This document shows positions 45,389 to 54,870 of a stretch of 64,000 nucleotides of DNA, in pieces. The DNA lies in assembly GCA_003483065.1 (NCBI GenBank), contig DMWY01000001.1:8606-72605 (forward strand). The letters are read 5' to 3'. Position 1 is the stretch's first letter. Each line of letters opens with the position of its first letter. A program made the translations under genes and the position numbers. A model generated the notes under the pieces. The model was given only the letters and a program-made list of their open reading frames with translations, did no database searches and was not told the origin of the DNA. The stretch comes from Candidatus Moraniibacteriota bacterium. GTDB taxonomy: Bacteria; Patescibacteriota; Minisyncoccia; Moranbacterales; UBA2206.

Positions 45389-47032
45389 ATGAATTTATTT
45401 TTTGAAAAAATAATTAATAACCTCAACAAACCAAAGAGCTGGTTGATTTTGGTGAATGTGGCTTTAGTTTTATTTTTGATTATTTTTAATAATTTAGGGA
45501 TTATTCCTTTGCGAATAGGGGATTTTGTTTTCTTTGCAATTCTGACTTTGTTTTTGGCGCTATACCGTCCTGGGTGGGCGTTTTTGTTTTTCATTGGAAC
45601 GATTGCGCTAGAAAACATTAATCTGGCGCCGACCGAACTTGGAATTGCGATTAGGCCATACCAATTTATCGGCGCGCTTACAATTACGGCAATTATCATT
45701 CGCTTGTTATCAGGAAAACTGAATTTCAAGTTGATGAAACCAAAACGGTGTGACTGGTTGATTGTAATTATAGGTATTTCAAGTTTCCTAAGTATTGCCA
45801 ATGCAGAAAATAAAATAATTAGTCTGAAACTTTCTATAATCTTGGTGACTTTTGTGGCTTTATACTTTTTAGTGCGAAATTATATTCAAAATTTGGAAGA
45901 TTTGAAAAAAGTTATTCCATTTTTTCTAAGCTCTTCTTTGGTCGTTGTGATTTATGGAATCTGGCAAAATATTTGGTTCTTGCGGGGATTGAATGGTTTT
46001 GAGGTGATGCCTGGAAGGCCAAATGCCACATTTTCCGAGGCGGATTGGCTGGGAATTTATTTGATTTTAGTTATATCTGTTCTATATGGCTTAGTTTATA
46101 GCCGTCATTCTGAGCGAAGCGAAGCGGAGTCGAAGAATCTACTATTTAATAATACTAAAACTAAACAATTTGCAGATCCTTCGTATTCGCTCAGGATGAC
46201 GGGCTTATTTATATTTTTAACACTATCTTTTATATTATTAATTTTAACCGTAAGTAGAAGTGCATGGCTTGGTGCATTTGCCGTGACATTTATTTTTCTT
46301 TTCACTATTTTTACAAATTTAAAATTTTATCCAAAACATTGGCAATGGAAAAAAACAATTCAGATGAAGCTGATTATAGTTCCGGCGCTACTCGTTGCGA
46401 TTGGTGCCGTGTATATTTTTCATCTGACAAATTTCCAATTGTTTAATCGTGTTCAATCGACTGGTTCGGGAATGCAAAAAATAACCGTAAGTTGTGATGG
46501 GAATATAAACTTGCCGGAAAATATTGATAGTGTTTTAGAGCTAAAAAAATACAGTTGCCAGCATATTAATTTAGAAGAAATAAATCTTGAAAAATCTCAA
46601 GGAAAATATGTTACGGAAATTTATCGCAAAGATCCGAATGTGAGCATAAGAGCACAAATTTATCAAAAATCTTGGCAGGAAATAAAAAATCATTGGGTTT
46701 TGGGGATGGGTTGGGGGAGTATTGGGAAAATTCTAGGAGAGGATAGTCGAGGCACGAGTCTCAATTCTTCCAATATATTTTTGGAAATTTGGCTCGGTAG
46801 TGGAATTTTGGGTTTCGCGTCTTTTGTGATTATGCTATCGTATATACTAGTAAGTGCGATAAAGAAATATTATTTTGCTAAAAATAAAGAGGAAAGGATT
46901 TTTGGATTGTTTGTGATTATTTCTTGGTTTGCAATTATCATTCCCAACCTTTTTAATGCCGGAATATTCTTGGGATTTCTATGGCTCTGGCTTGCAATTT
47001 CTAACTTACGAATAGAGCGAAATTACGAATAA
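45389..47032 (+). CDS. O-antigen ligase / Wzy-like polymerase family membrane protein
   Basis: VSRSAWLGAFAV and NIFLEIWLGSGILGF resemble the Wzy_C blocks. There are ~12 TM helices. Confidence 0.55.
   Translation: MNLFFEKIINNLNKPKSWLILVNVALVLFLIIFNNLGIIPLRIGDFVFFAILTLFLALYRPGWAFLFFIGTIALENINLAPTELGIAIRPYQFIGALTITAIIIRLLSGKLNFKLMKPKRCDWLIVIIGISSFLSIANAENKIISLKLSIILVTFVALYFLVRNYIQNLEDLKKVIPFFLSSSLVVVIYGIWQNIWFLRGLNGFEVMPGRPNATFSEADWLGIYLILVISVLYGLVYSRHSERSEAESKNLLFNNTKTKQFADPSYSLRMTGLFIFLTLSFILLILTVSRSAWLGAFAVTFIFLFTIFTNLKFYPKHWQWKKTIQMKLIIVPALLVAIGAVYIFHLTNFQLFNRVQSTGSGMQKITVSCDGNINLPENIDSVLELKKYSCQHINLEEINLEKSQGKYVTEIYRKDPNVSIRAQIYQKSWQEIKNHWVLGMGWGSIGKILGEDSRGTSLNSSNIFLEIWLGSGILGFASFVIMLSYILVSAIKKYYFAKNKEERIFGLFVIISWFAIIIPNLFNAGIFLGFLWLWLAISNLRIERNYE
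46104..46200. mobile_element. ~97-bp palindromic mini-element with terminal inverted repeats GTCATTCTGAGCGAA / TTCGCTCAGGATGAC, inserted in-frame in the Wzy-like gene
   Basis: The TIR matches at 14 of 15 positions. It encodes SRHSERSEAESKNLL...SYSLRMTG. Related copies are at 54786-54862 and 56433-56476. Confidence 0.6.
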
Positions 47033-47080
47033 TAAATTTAATAAATTCGTACTTTCGTTTAATTCGTATTTTCGTAAATT

Positions 47081-48241
47081 ATGAAGATAGGCATCGACAT
47101 TCGACTTATAGGCAAAAAACAAACTGGTAGCGAAGCAGTGTTTTTTAATCTGGCTAAGAATTTAGCTAAGATTGATAGCGAAAATGAATACAAGCTATTT
47201 ACTGACATAACTGACACTACAGTATTACAGAATACTGGAGTAAGTCTTGGAATAGATAATCAGAAAAATTTTGAAATAATTTCACTTCCGACCAGAAATA
47301 AATTTAGCTGGAATTTTTGGACACTCCCAATATATTTGCGAAAAAAACCAGTCGATGTTTATCTCACACAATATATCACGCCTTGGTTTGTGCCAAAAAA
47401 AGTGAAAATAGTCACAATTATTCATGATATTTCTTTTGAATTTTATCCTCAATTTATCAAGTTTTGGGATTTGTTTTTTTTGAAATCATTGATTCCAAAA
47501 AGTCTCAAGCGCGCGGACAAGATAATGGCTGTTTCAAAATTTACTCAAGACGAGATAATTAAATATTATAAAGTCGATCCAAAAAAAGCTGATTGGTTTC
47601 ATAATGCGGTGTCCGAGGATTTTTCGATGCAAGATATATCGGAGGAAAAGATAAAAACAATCAAAAAGAAATATAATCTCCCAGAAAGATACATTCTATA
47701 TATTGGCACATTGCAACCAAGAAAGAATATTCCAGCGCTTATCGAAGCAGTTGCGCTACTAAAAACTGAGCCTAATTTAAAACTAAAACTTAATTCTTTG
47801 AAATTAGTTATCGCGGGAGGTAAGGGACATAATTATGACAAACTCATAGACGAAGTTGTTGGAAGGAACAATTTAGCCGAAGATGTTTTTTTCCCGGGAT
47901 ATATTGATGAAGAAGATAAGGCGGCAATCATGAAGGGTGCGGATATTTTTGTGTTTCCTTCATTTTATGAAGGTTTTGGTATGCCAATCATTGAGGCGAT
48001 GTCATTGGGCGTGCCAACTATTGTTTCTGATATTCCTCCACATAGAGAAATTGCAAACAACGCAACGCTATATTTCAAACCGGAAATTCCCGGTGAACTA
48101 ACCCAAAAAATCAAGGAAATAATTATCAATGAAATGGTGCGAGATAGTTTATCGAGAAATGGAAAGTTGCAAGCCGAAAAATTTTCTTGGCAAAAAACTG
48201 CGCAAAAATTGCTTAATATTTTCGTTGAAATGAATCATTGA
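47081..48241 (+). CDS. Glycosyltransferase family 4
   Basis: EGFGMPIIEAMSLGVPTIVSD is present. It is a paralog of 44162..45388. Confidence 0.75.
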   Translation: MKIGIDIRLIGKKQTGSEAVFFNLAKNLAKIDSENEYKLFTDITDTTVLQNTGVSLGIDNQKNFEIISLPTRNKFSWNFWTLPIYLRKKPVDVYLTQYITPWFVPKKVKIVTIIHDISFEFYPQFIKFWDLFFLKSLIPKSLKRADKIMAVSKFTQDEIIKYYKVDPKKADWFHNAVSEDFSMQDISEEKIKTIKKKYNLPERYILYIGTLQPRKNIPALIEAVALLKTEPNLKLKLNSLKLVIAGGKGHNYDKLIDEVVGRNNLAEDVFFPGYIDEEDKAAIMKGADIFVFPSFYEGFGMPIIEAMSLGVPTIVSDIPPHREIANNATLYFKPEIPGELTQKIKEIIINEMVRDSLSRNGKLQAEKFSWQKTAQKLLNIFVEMNH

Positions 48242-48327
48242 CTAAAAGTGTAAATATAAGTAGAATAATAGCAATTGCTAAATAATTATTTGGCAAGTAT
48301 TGGTTTTAATTTAAATAAACAAAAAAC

Positions 48328-49545
48328 ATGGCTTATCTAGAAAAAAATTTAGGGACAAGAGGAGAAGGAAATCAAAAATTTTATAAAAAAAGATGGTTTA
48401 AGGTTTTTGCAGTTGTTGTGATAATTTTGCTTTTGGGCGGAGGAATTTTCGCTTGGAAAACCGGAGGCGTACTGAACAAAATTTCTAAAGGCGGATTATT
48501 GCAATCTCTAGTGAAAAATATTCCCGGAGTCAATAATGATCTAAAGGGTGAAAAGGATGGCAGAATCAATGTTTTGCTTTTGGGCATGCGAGGAGAAGGT
48601 GTGGTTGGTGGTGGAACCCTAGCTGACACTATTATGGTAGCTAGTATTAACATTAAGGATAATAAAGCCTCTTTAATTTCAATTCCACGGGATTTGTATG
48701 TGGATAATCCTGGCTGGGGAAATAAAACTAAAATTAATGCTGTCTATGCTGCCGGAGAAGAAAATGGCAAAAAAAAGGGAATGGAAGATATGAAAAAAAT
48801 TATCGGAGACGTGACGGGACTTCCAATTCAATATGGAGTGAGTATAAATTTTGCCGGCTTCAAACAGCTCATCGATGCTATTGGCGGAGTTGAGATAACA
48901 CTAGATAAGCCTTTCGAAGAGGCTATGCAGTTTAACGAACCGCACGTTTGTGATTCATTTTTCACTATCCCAACCGGAAAATATCAAGACAAAACAGTTA
49001 AATATTTTAGCAAAACTACGCAAACCTACAAAACTAGAATTGTGGCTAGCTATCCTTTATGCGCAGCACCGGAAAATACCTTGGAATGTGGTGGAAATTT
49101 CAAACTTCCAGCAGGAAAGCAAACGCTCAATGGCGATCAGGCCCTTTGCTATGCCAGATCTCGTGTGACCTCGAACGATTTTGAAAGAGCTAAGCGTCAA
49201 CAAATAATCGTTCAATTAGTTAAGGATAAAATGTTAAGCATTGGAACATTGGCTGATTTTTCCAAGGGCAGTGCTATGTTAAAAGCTTTGGGGGATAATG
49301 TTAAAACAGATATGCAAATTTGGGAAATGCAAAAATTCTATGATCTTTATAAAAAATTGGGAAATTTGCAAGTCTATCAGAGAGTTTTGGAAAATAGTGA
49401 AGAGGGGTTGCTTTATAACCCAACCGATATGCCAAAAGAAGTTGGCTATATTCTCTTACCAATTGGAGGAAATTATGATCGCATTCATCAAATGGCAAAA
49501 GATATTTTTACTTTACCAGCGCAATCAGACATAAAGCCTAAATAG
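48328..49545 (+). CDS. LytR-CpsA-Psr (LCP) family glycopolymer-peptidoglycan ligase
   Basis: There is an N-terminal TM helix, then NVLLLGMRGEG, ADTIMVASINIKDNKASLISIPRDLYVD and KINAVYAAGEENG. Confidence 0.8.
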   Translation: MAYLEKNLGTRGEGNQKFYKKRWFKVFAVVVIILLLGGGIFAWKTGGVLNKISKGGLLQSLVKNIPGVNNDLKGEKDGRINVLLLGMRGEGVVGGGTLADTIMVASINIKDNKASLISIPRDLYVDNPGWGNKTKINAVYAAGEENGKKKGMEDMKKIIGDVTGLPIQYGVSINFAGFKQLIDAIGGVEITLDKPFEEAMQFNEPHVCDSFFTIPTGKYQDKTVKYFSKTTQTYKTRIVASYPLCAAPENTLECGGNFKLPAGKQTLNGDQALCYARSRVTSNDFERAKRQQIIVQLVKDKMLSIGTLADFSKGSAMLKALGDNVKTDMQIWEMQKFYDLYKKLGNLQVYQRVLENSEEGLLYNPTDMPKEVGYILLPIGGNYDRIHQMAKDIFTLPAQSDIKPK

Positions 49546-49594
49546 GAAATCTTATTTTACAAAGCATAAACTTGAAGCACATTTGGCAATTTAA

Positions 49595-50440
49595 TTGTTT
49601 TATGTTTCATGTTTTATGTTTCATGATCCAATGGAATTATCCATCATCATTACTAATTATAAAAATCCGGAACTCTTGAAAGTTTGTATTGATTCGATTA
49701 GGGAAAATATCACATTGCATGATTATGAAATTATTGTGGCGGATAGTGAGACAGAAGAAAAAACCGAAATGATGATGAGAGAGGAATATCCCCAAATAGA
49801 ATTTATTCCATCGAAAAAAAACATTGGCTTTAGCGGAACTGTTAACGCTGGATATCAGAAAGCTAAAGGAGAATACATACTTATTCTCAATGGTGACACT
49901 ATAATAAAAAAAGATTCGATCGAAAAATTGTTAAGCTATATCAAAAATAATCCCAATGTTGGCATAGTCGGACCACGTCTTTTGGGTTTCAATGAAAAAC
50001 CACAAGATTCTTGTTTTCGCTTTTATACCCCGCTAACTATCGTGTATCGCCGGACATTTTTGGGTAAATTTGGTTTTGCTAAAAAACATTCAGATAATTT
50101 TCTTATGAAAGATTATGATCATAAGGAGATAAAAGAAGTTGATTGGATTCAGGGATCGGCGATGATGACAAAAAAAGAGATTATGGATAAGGTTGGTTTG
50201 ATGGATGAAAAATATAAGCTATATTTTGAAGATGTGGATTGGTGTCGAAGATTTTGGGAAAAAGGTTATAGCGTTGTTTATTATCCAGACTCCGAAATCT
50301 ATCATTATCATGGCAGAGGAAGCGCGGGCAGAAGCGTTATCCAGTCATTACTTTCTAACCGTTTAACTTGGTGGCACATAAAAAGTGCAGTGAGATATTT
50401 TTGGAAATATTGGGGTAAGCCATTACCAAAACATAACTAG
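49595..50440 (+). CDS. Glycosyltransferase family 2
   Basis: LSIIITNYKNPELL, DSETEE and NGDT are present. 49595 is a TTG; the ATG at 49631 (MELSIIIT) is the more plausible start. Confidence 0.75.
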   Translation: MFYVSCFMFHDPMELSIIITNYKNPELLKVCIDSIRENITLHDYEIIVADSETEEKTEMMMREEYPQIEFIPSKKNIGFSGTVNAGYQKAKGEYILILNGDTIIKKDSIEKLLSYIKNNPNVGIVGPRLLGFNEKPQDSCFRFYTPLTIVYRRTFLGKFGFAKKHSDNFLMKDYDHKEIKEVDWIQGSAMMTKKEIMDKVGLMDEKYKLYFEDVDWCRRFWEKGYSVVYYPDSEIYHYHGRGSAGRSVIQSLLSNRLTWWHIKSAVRYFWKYWGKPLPKHN

Positions 50441-50457
50441 CATACGAACAATAATTT

Positions 50458-51777
50458 ATGGAATTAGAAAATTTTGAAGAAAAAATAAAACAAGAGATAA
50501 CAGAAGGGAAGGAAAAAGAAGAAAAAGAAAATATGGAGAAAAATCTCCATCTTTTTAAGCGCTATTCATATTTTTTGGTGGTTATTTTTCTAGTGGCGGG
50601 TAGCTTCTTTTTAGGATACAAAAAGGGACAACCTAATGTGTCAGACAACAAAAACGTTCCACTGGAAAAAGCAATTATTGAAAATAAGGCATCGCAAAAC
50701 GAAGAAGTTGATTTCTCACTTTTTTGGAAAGTTTGGGATTTGGTCAAAGAAAAGCATGTTGAGAGAAACAGCCTAGATGCGCAAAAAATGGTTTATGGAG
50801 CAATCAATGGAATGCTTAGCGCTACTAGCGATCCATACTCAAGCTTTTTCAATCCGGAGGAAAGTAAGATGTTTTCTGAAGATATTGCAGGGTCATTTGA
50901 TGGAATAGGCGCCGAACTTGGGATGAAAGATAAGATCCTCACTGTTATCGCTCCACTAGATGGTTCTCCGGCACAAAAGGCTGGAATTCGTAGTGGGGAT
51001 AAAATATTGAAAATTGATGAAAAATCATCTTTGGAACTTTCAATTGATCAAGCAGTAGATTTGATAAGAGGCAAAAAAGGAACGCAAGTGAAACTCACAA
51101 TTTTGCATGATGGCGAACAAGAAACTGTTGAGATAAATGTGATTCGAGATACTATAAAATTAGATAGTGCCAAGGTAGAATTTAAGGATGACGATATTGC
51201 CTATCTAAAAATAATAAAATTTTCTGATGATGTTGATGTGCAGTTTGACAGTGCGATGAATAAAATAATTGCCCAACAAAGTAAGGGAATAATTCTGGAT
51301 TTACGTGATAATCCAGGTGGTCTTTTGGATAAATCAATAAAAGTAGCCAGTCGCATGATAGCCAAGGGTAGTGTTGTAGTATTGGAAGAAAATAATGCCG
51401 GAAAGAAAAATAGTTTATATACAATCGGAGGAGATAAGTTAAGCTCCATTCCAATGGTAGTTCTCATAAACGAAGGCAGTGCTAGTGCTTCAGAAATTTT
51501 GGCAGGAGCCCTGAAAGATGATCGTGGGCTAACCTTGATTGGAGAAAAAACTTTTGGCAAGGGTAGCGTTCAGCAACTTATGGATCTTCCTGGTGGTTCA
51601 AGCGTGAAAATTACGGTTGCAAAATGGCTCACCCCCAAAGGTGATTATATTATGGAAAAAGGAATTTCTCCAGATATTGAAGTCGAGATGACTAATGATG
51701 ATTACAAAAACGAACGCGATCCACAATTGGATAAGGCGATGGAAATAATTAAGGAAAAAATTCACCCTGTTAAATAA
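50458..51777 (+). CDS. Carboxyl-terminal processing protease (S41 family) with PDZ domain
   Basis: There is an N-terminal TM helix. GIRSGDKILKIDE is the PDZ domain, and DLRDNPGGLLDKSIKVASR is the S41 core. Confidence 0.85.
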   Translation: MELENFEEKIKQEITEGKEKEEKENMEKNLHLFKRYSYFLVVIFLVAGSFFLGYKKGQPNVSDNKNVPLEKAIIENKASQNEEVDFSLFWKVWDLVKEKHVERNSLDAQKMVYGAINGMLSATSDPYSSFFNPEESKMFSEDIAGSFDGIGAELGMKDKILTVIAPLDGSPAQKAGIRSGDKILKIDEKSSLELSIDQAVDLIRGKKGTQVKLTILHDGEQETVEINVIRDTIKLDSAKVEFKDDDIAYLKIIKFSDDVDVQFDSAMNKIIAQQSKGIILDLRDNPGGLLDKSIKVASRMIAKGSVVVLEENNAGKKNSLYTIGGDKLSSIPMVVLINEGSASASEILAGALKDDRGLTLIGEKTFGKGSVQQLMDLPGGSSVKITVAKWLTPKGDYIMEKGISPDIEVEMTNDDYKNERDPQLDKAMEIIKEKIHPVK

Positions 51778-51788
51778 ATTTTAATTAT

Positions 51789-52232
51789 ATGAAAATAATA
51801 TTATTACAAGATGTGAAAAGTTTAGGGAAGAAGGGGGATGTGAAAGATGTGGCGGAAGGGTATGCGCAAAATTTTTTGCTTCCCAAAAAAATAGCGAGCG
51901 TTGCAACAGAAAATGCAGTTAAGTTTTTTCAATCACAAAAAGAAAAAGAACAAAAAAATAAAATAGCTGAAACAGAAAGGTTGAGAAATTTAGCTAGCAC
52001 TCTGAAAGACAAAAAAATTACCATCGAAGCTAAGGAAAAAAAGGGTAAGCTCTTTGGTTCAATAACAGTCAAAAACATCAAGGAAAGCCTGGAAAAAGAA
52101 GGCTTGAACATTTTAGAAAATTCAATTATAATTAAACAAGCAATCAAGAAGGTAGGGGAATATGAAATTGAAATAAAATTGTCAGAAGAAATAAGAGAAA
52201 AAATTAAATTGGAAGTAAGGGGGATTGAGTAG
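51789..52232 (+). CDS. rplI: 50S ribosomal protein L9
   Basis: MKIILLQDVKSLGKKGDVKDVAEGYAQNFLLPKKIA is present. Confidence 0.85.
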   Translation: MKIILLQDVKSLGKKGDVKDVAEGYAQNFLLPKKIASVATENAVKFFQSQKEKEQKNKIAETERLRNLASTLKDKKITIEAKEKKGKLFGSITVKNIKESLEKEGLNILENSIIIKQAIKKVGEYEIEIKLSEEIREKIKLEVRGIE

Positions 52233-52254
52233 CAACCTTAATAAATTTATTTTT

Positions 52255-52281
52255 AAAAGTCGCGGGGAAGAGCGACTTTTT
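52255..52281 (+). terminator. Rho-independent terminator (stem GTCGC/GCGAC, loop GGGGAAGA, T-run)
   Basis: Located 52259-52281. It lies 14 nt upstream of the pyrG ATG. Confidence 0.65.
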
Positions 52282-52294
52282 GTCTGAAAAAAAT

Positions 52295-53947
52295 ATGAAA
52301 AACAGAAAATATATCTTTGTTGTTGGGGGTGTGATGAGTGGAGTGGGAAAGGGGATAACTACTTCAGCTATTGGCGCGATTCTTCAAGCGCGTGGATTTA
52401 ATGTGACGGCTATAAAAATTGATCCCTATATCAATGTTGACGCTGGTACAATGAACCCAACCGAACACGGAGAAGTTTTTGTTTTGGATGATGGAGATGA
52501 AACTGATCAAGACATGGGAAATTATGAAAGATTTTTAGGTATCACTTTGAATCGTGATAATTATATGACAACTGGCAGAGTGTATGAAACGGTGATTCAT
52601 AAGGAAAGAAATCTTGAATATAATGGAAAGTGTGTAGAGGTTGTGCCACATATTCCAATGGAAGTTATTGAAAGAATAGAAAAAGCTTCCAAGAAAGCTG
52701 ATTCAGATGTGACTATGATTGAAATTGGTGGAACTGTTGGAGAATATCAAAATATTCTTTTCTTGGAAGCGGCCAGAATGTTAAAGATAAAACATCCAGA
52801 TGATGTGTTGTTTGTGATGGTTAGCTATCTGCCAATTCCTTCCAAAGTGGGAGAAATGAAAACGAAACCAACTCAATATGCCGTGCGGACACTCAACAGC
52901 GCCGGAATTTTGCCGGATGTAATTGTGGCAAGAAGTGACACTCGGCTTGATCAAAAAAGAAAAGAAAAAATTGCGATGTTTTGCAATATTCCAGAAAGAT
53001 ATGTGATCAGCGCTCCGGACATTGAGAGTATCTATGAGGTCGGAATAAATTTTGAACGGGATGACTTGAGTCGGTTGCTTCTCAAGAAACTAGGTCTGCC
53101 ATACAAGAAAACCGACTTGAAAAAATGGTATGATCTTTTAGAGAAAATTAAAAATCCAAAGGGAGAAGTGAAGATTGGGATAGTGGGAAAATATTTTGGC
53201 ACAGGTGATTTCGTGCTTTCGGATGCTTATCTTAGTGTGATTGAAGCGATAAAGCATGCTGCTTATAAACTTCAATTGAAACCAATAATAAGTTGGGTTA
53301 ATAGTGAGGCCTTTGAAAAAGAGCCGGAAAAATTGGAAGAATTGAAAAATTATGATGGCGTAATTATCCCTGGCGGATTTGGTTCACGCGGAATTGAAGG
53401 GAAAATAAAAGCCATTAAATTTTTGCGAGAAAATGGAATTCCGTTTTTTGGACTTTGTTATGGAATGCAACTCGCCGTAGTGGAATATGCCAGAAATGTA
53501 TTGAATTTGAAAGACGCTAACACTACGGAAATCGACAGAAAAACAAAAAATCCAGTAATTGATATTATGCCAGAACAAAAGAAGAATCTAGCTGATCATA
53601 ATTTTGGAGCCACTATGCGACTGGGTGCCTATCCAGCGGTTATCAAAAAAGGAACGCTAGCTTATAAGGCTTATGGGAAAAACAAGATTTCAGAACGTCA
53701 CCGACATCGCTGGGAAGTTAATCCAGAGTATATTGAAAGATTAGAAAAAGCTGGTTTGGTTTTCTCTGGAAAATCAGCCGACGGAAAACTAATGGAAATA
53801 GCCGAGCTACCAAAAACCAAACATCCATTTTTTCTGGGGGCTCAATTTCATCCAGAATTCAAAACCGATCCAATTAATTCACATCCACTGTTTCTTGAAT
53901 TTATAAAAGCAAGCCACTCGCGAATTGTCGCGAATAAAAAACAATAA
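52295..53947 (+). CDS. pyrG: CTP synthase
   Basis: KYIFVVGGVMSGVGKGIT is present, with a C-terminal GATase domain (GLCYGMQ, HPEF). The start is set at the ATG at 52295 rather than the TTG at 52280. Confidence 0.95.
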   Translation: MKNRKYIFVVGGVMSGVGKGITTSAIGAILQARGFNVTAIKIDPYINVDAGTMNPTEHGEVFVLDDGDETDQDMGNYERFLGITLNRDNYMTTGRVYETVIHKERNLEYNGKCVEVVPHIPMEVIERIEKASKKADSDVTMIEIGGTVGEYQNILFLEAARMLKIKHPDDVLFVMVSYLPIPSKVGEMKTKPTQYAVRTLNSAGILPDVIVARSDTRLDQKRKEKIAMFCNIPERYVISAPDIESIYEVGINFERDDLSRLLLKKLGLPYKKTDLKKWYDLLEKIKNPKGEVKIGIVGKYFGTGDFVLSDAYLSVIEAIKHAAYKLQLKPIISWVNSEAFEKEPEKLEELKNYDGVIIPGGFGSRGIEGKIKAIKFLRENGIPFFGLCYGMQLAVVEYARNVLNLKDANTTEIDRKTKNPVIDIMPEQKKNLADHNFGATMRLGAYPAVIKKGTLAYKAYGKNKISERHRHRWEVNPEYIERLEKAGLVFSGKSADGKLMEIAELPKTKHPFFLGAQFHPEFKTDPINSHPLFLEFIKASHSRIVANKKQ

Positions 53948-53955
53948 ACACGAAT

Positions 53956-53990
53956 AAAAAACGAACTCATTAAGGGGTTCGTTTTTTTAG
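53956..53990. terminator. Bidirectional rho-independent terminator (AACGAAC / GTTCGTT stem, T-runs on both strands) between pyrG and rpmA
   Basis: Read from the sequence. Confidence 0.7.
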
Positions 53991-54014
53991 TTTATATTTG
54001 TTGTATGTTCGTGT

Positions 54015-54287
54015 CTATTCTACAGAAACAAATTTCTTTGAGATCATTTTACCAGTAAATTTTCGAACTTTTTTGGCAGTAAATTTAACTACGCCTTCTT
54101 TCAAAGCGAAGAGAGTGTCATCTTCCGCGCGCTTAACATCCTTGCCTGGTCGGAATTTTGTTCCCCGTTGGCGGATAATGATTTGTCCAGGAGTGACTTT
54201 TTCTCCCGCAAATTTTTTCACACCTAATCTTTTCGAAATTGAATCTCGTCCCAGTTGAGTGGAACCACCTGCTTTACGATGAGCCAT
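54015..54287 (-). CDS. rpmA: 50S ribosomal protein L27
   Basis: [31 protein letters not shown] is present. Confidence 0.9.
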   Translation of the reverse strand: MAHRKAGGSTQLGRDSISKRLGVKKFAGEKVTPGQIIIRQRGTKFRPGKDVKRAEDDTLFALKEGVVKFTAKKVRKFTGKMISKKFVSVE

Positions 54288-54359
54288 ATAATTGAATTAC
54301 TAAATTGTTTATTATTACTTAAATAATCTTACTTTATTTGTGGTATAATGTCAACAGCT

Positions 54360-54779
54360 ATGGATAAAAACGTCATAAAAGCAAAAACTAAAGATTTTTG
54401 GCAAAAATATGAATATAAAATAATCCTGATTATAGGCTTTGTTTTAGTGGCTGTAATTTCTTTTGAAGGAGGAGTTTTGAAAAGCCAAAAAATGGCTCAA
54501 AATCCGCTTATTATTGAAAAGCCGGCCGATAACAACAATCAGGCTGTTTGCGGTGTCTCTCAAAGCCAAAATTTGCCCACTGAGACGAAAAAAGACCCAA
54601 ATGAGGTAAGTGCCCTGCCCCAAAATTGCGCTTTCGTAGGGTCAAAAAATTCCAATAAATATCATTTGTCGATTTGCCGTTATGCTAAGAATATAAGCCC
54701 GAAAAACCTAGTTTGCTTTTCTTCGAAAATTGAGGCAGAATCAAGAGGATACTTGCCGGATAAAAATTGTATAAAATAA
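54360..54779 (+). CDS. Membrane-anchored protein with C-terminal Ada-like Zn-binding domain
   Basis: KYHLSICRYAKNISPKNLVCFSSKIEAESRGYLPDKNC is comparable to the Ada N-terminal FCRPSCRAR...AGFRPCKRC. The ORF-track ATG at 54348 lies inside a TGnTATAAT box, so the ATG at 54360 is preferred. Confidence 0.4.
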   Translation: MDKNVIKAKTKDFWQKYEYKIILIIGFVLVAVISFEGGVLKSQKMAQNPLIIEKPADNNNQAVCGVSQSQNLPTETKKDPNEVSALPQNCAFVGSKNSNKYHLSICRYAKNISPKNLVCFSSKIEAESRGYLPDKNCIK

Positions 54780-54785
54780 ATATAT

Positions 54786-54862
54786 GTCATTGCGAGCGAA
54801 GCGAAGCAATCTCAGAATTAAGTTACGAGATCGCCGCAGTCGCTACGCTCCTTCGCAATAAC
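54786..54862. mobile_element. Second copy of the palindromic mini-element (GTCATTGCGAGCGAAGCGAAGC ... CCTTCGCAATAAC), intergenic
   Basis: The left terminus matches copy A at 20 of 22 positions. Confidence 0.55.
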
Positions 54863-54870
54863 AACCAAAT

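Noticed and set aside
54015-54287. Considered whether rpmA sits in the canonical rplU-rpmA operon
   Set aside because: No L21 gene lies upstream. A divergent promoter region is there instead.
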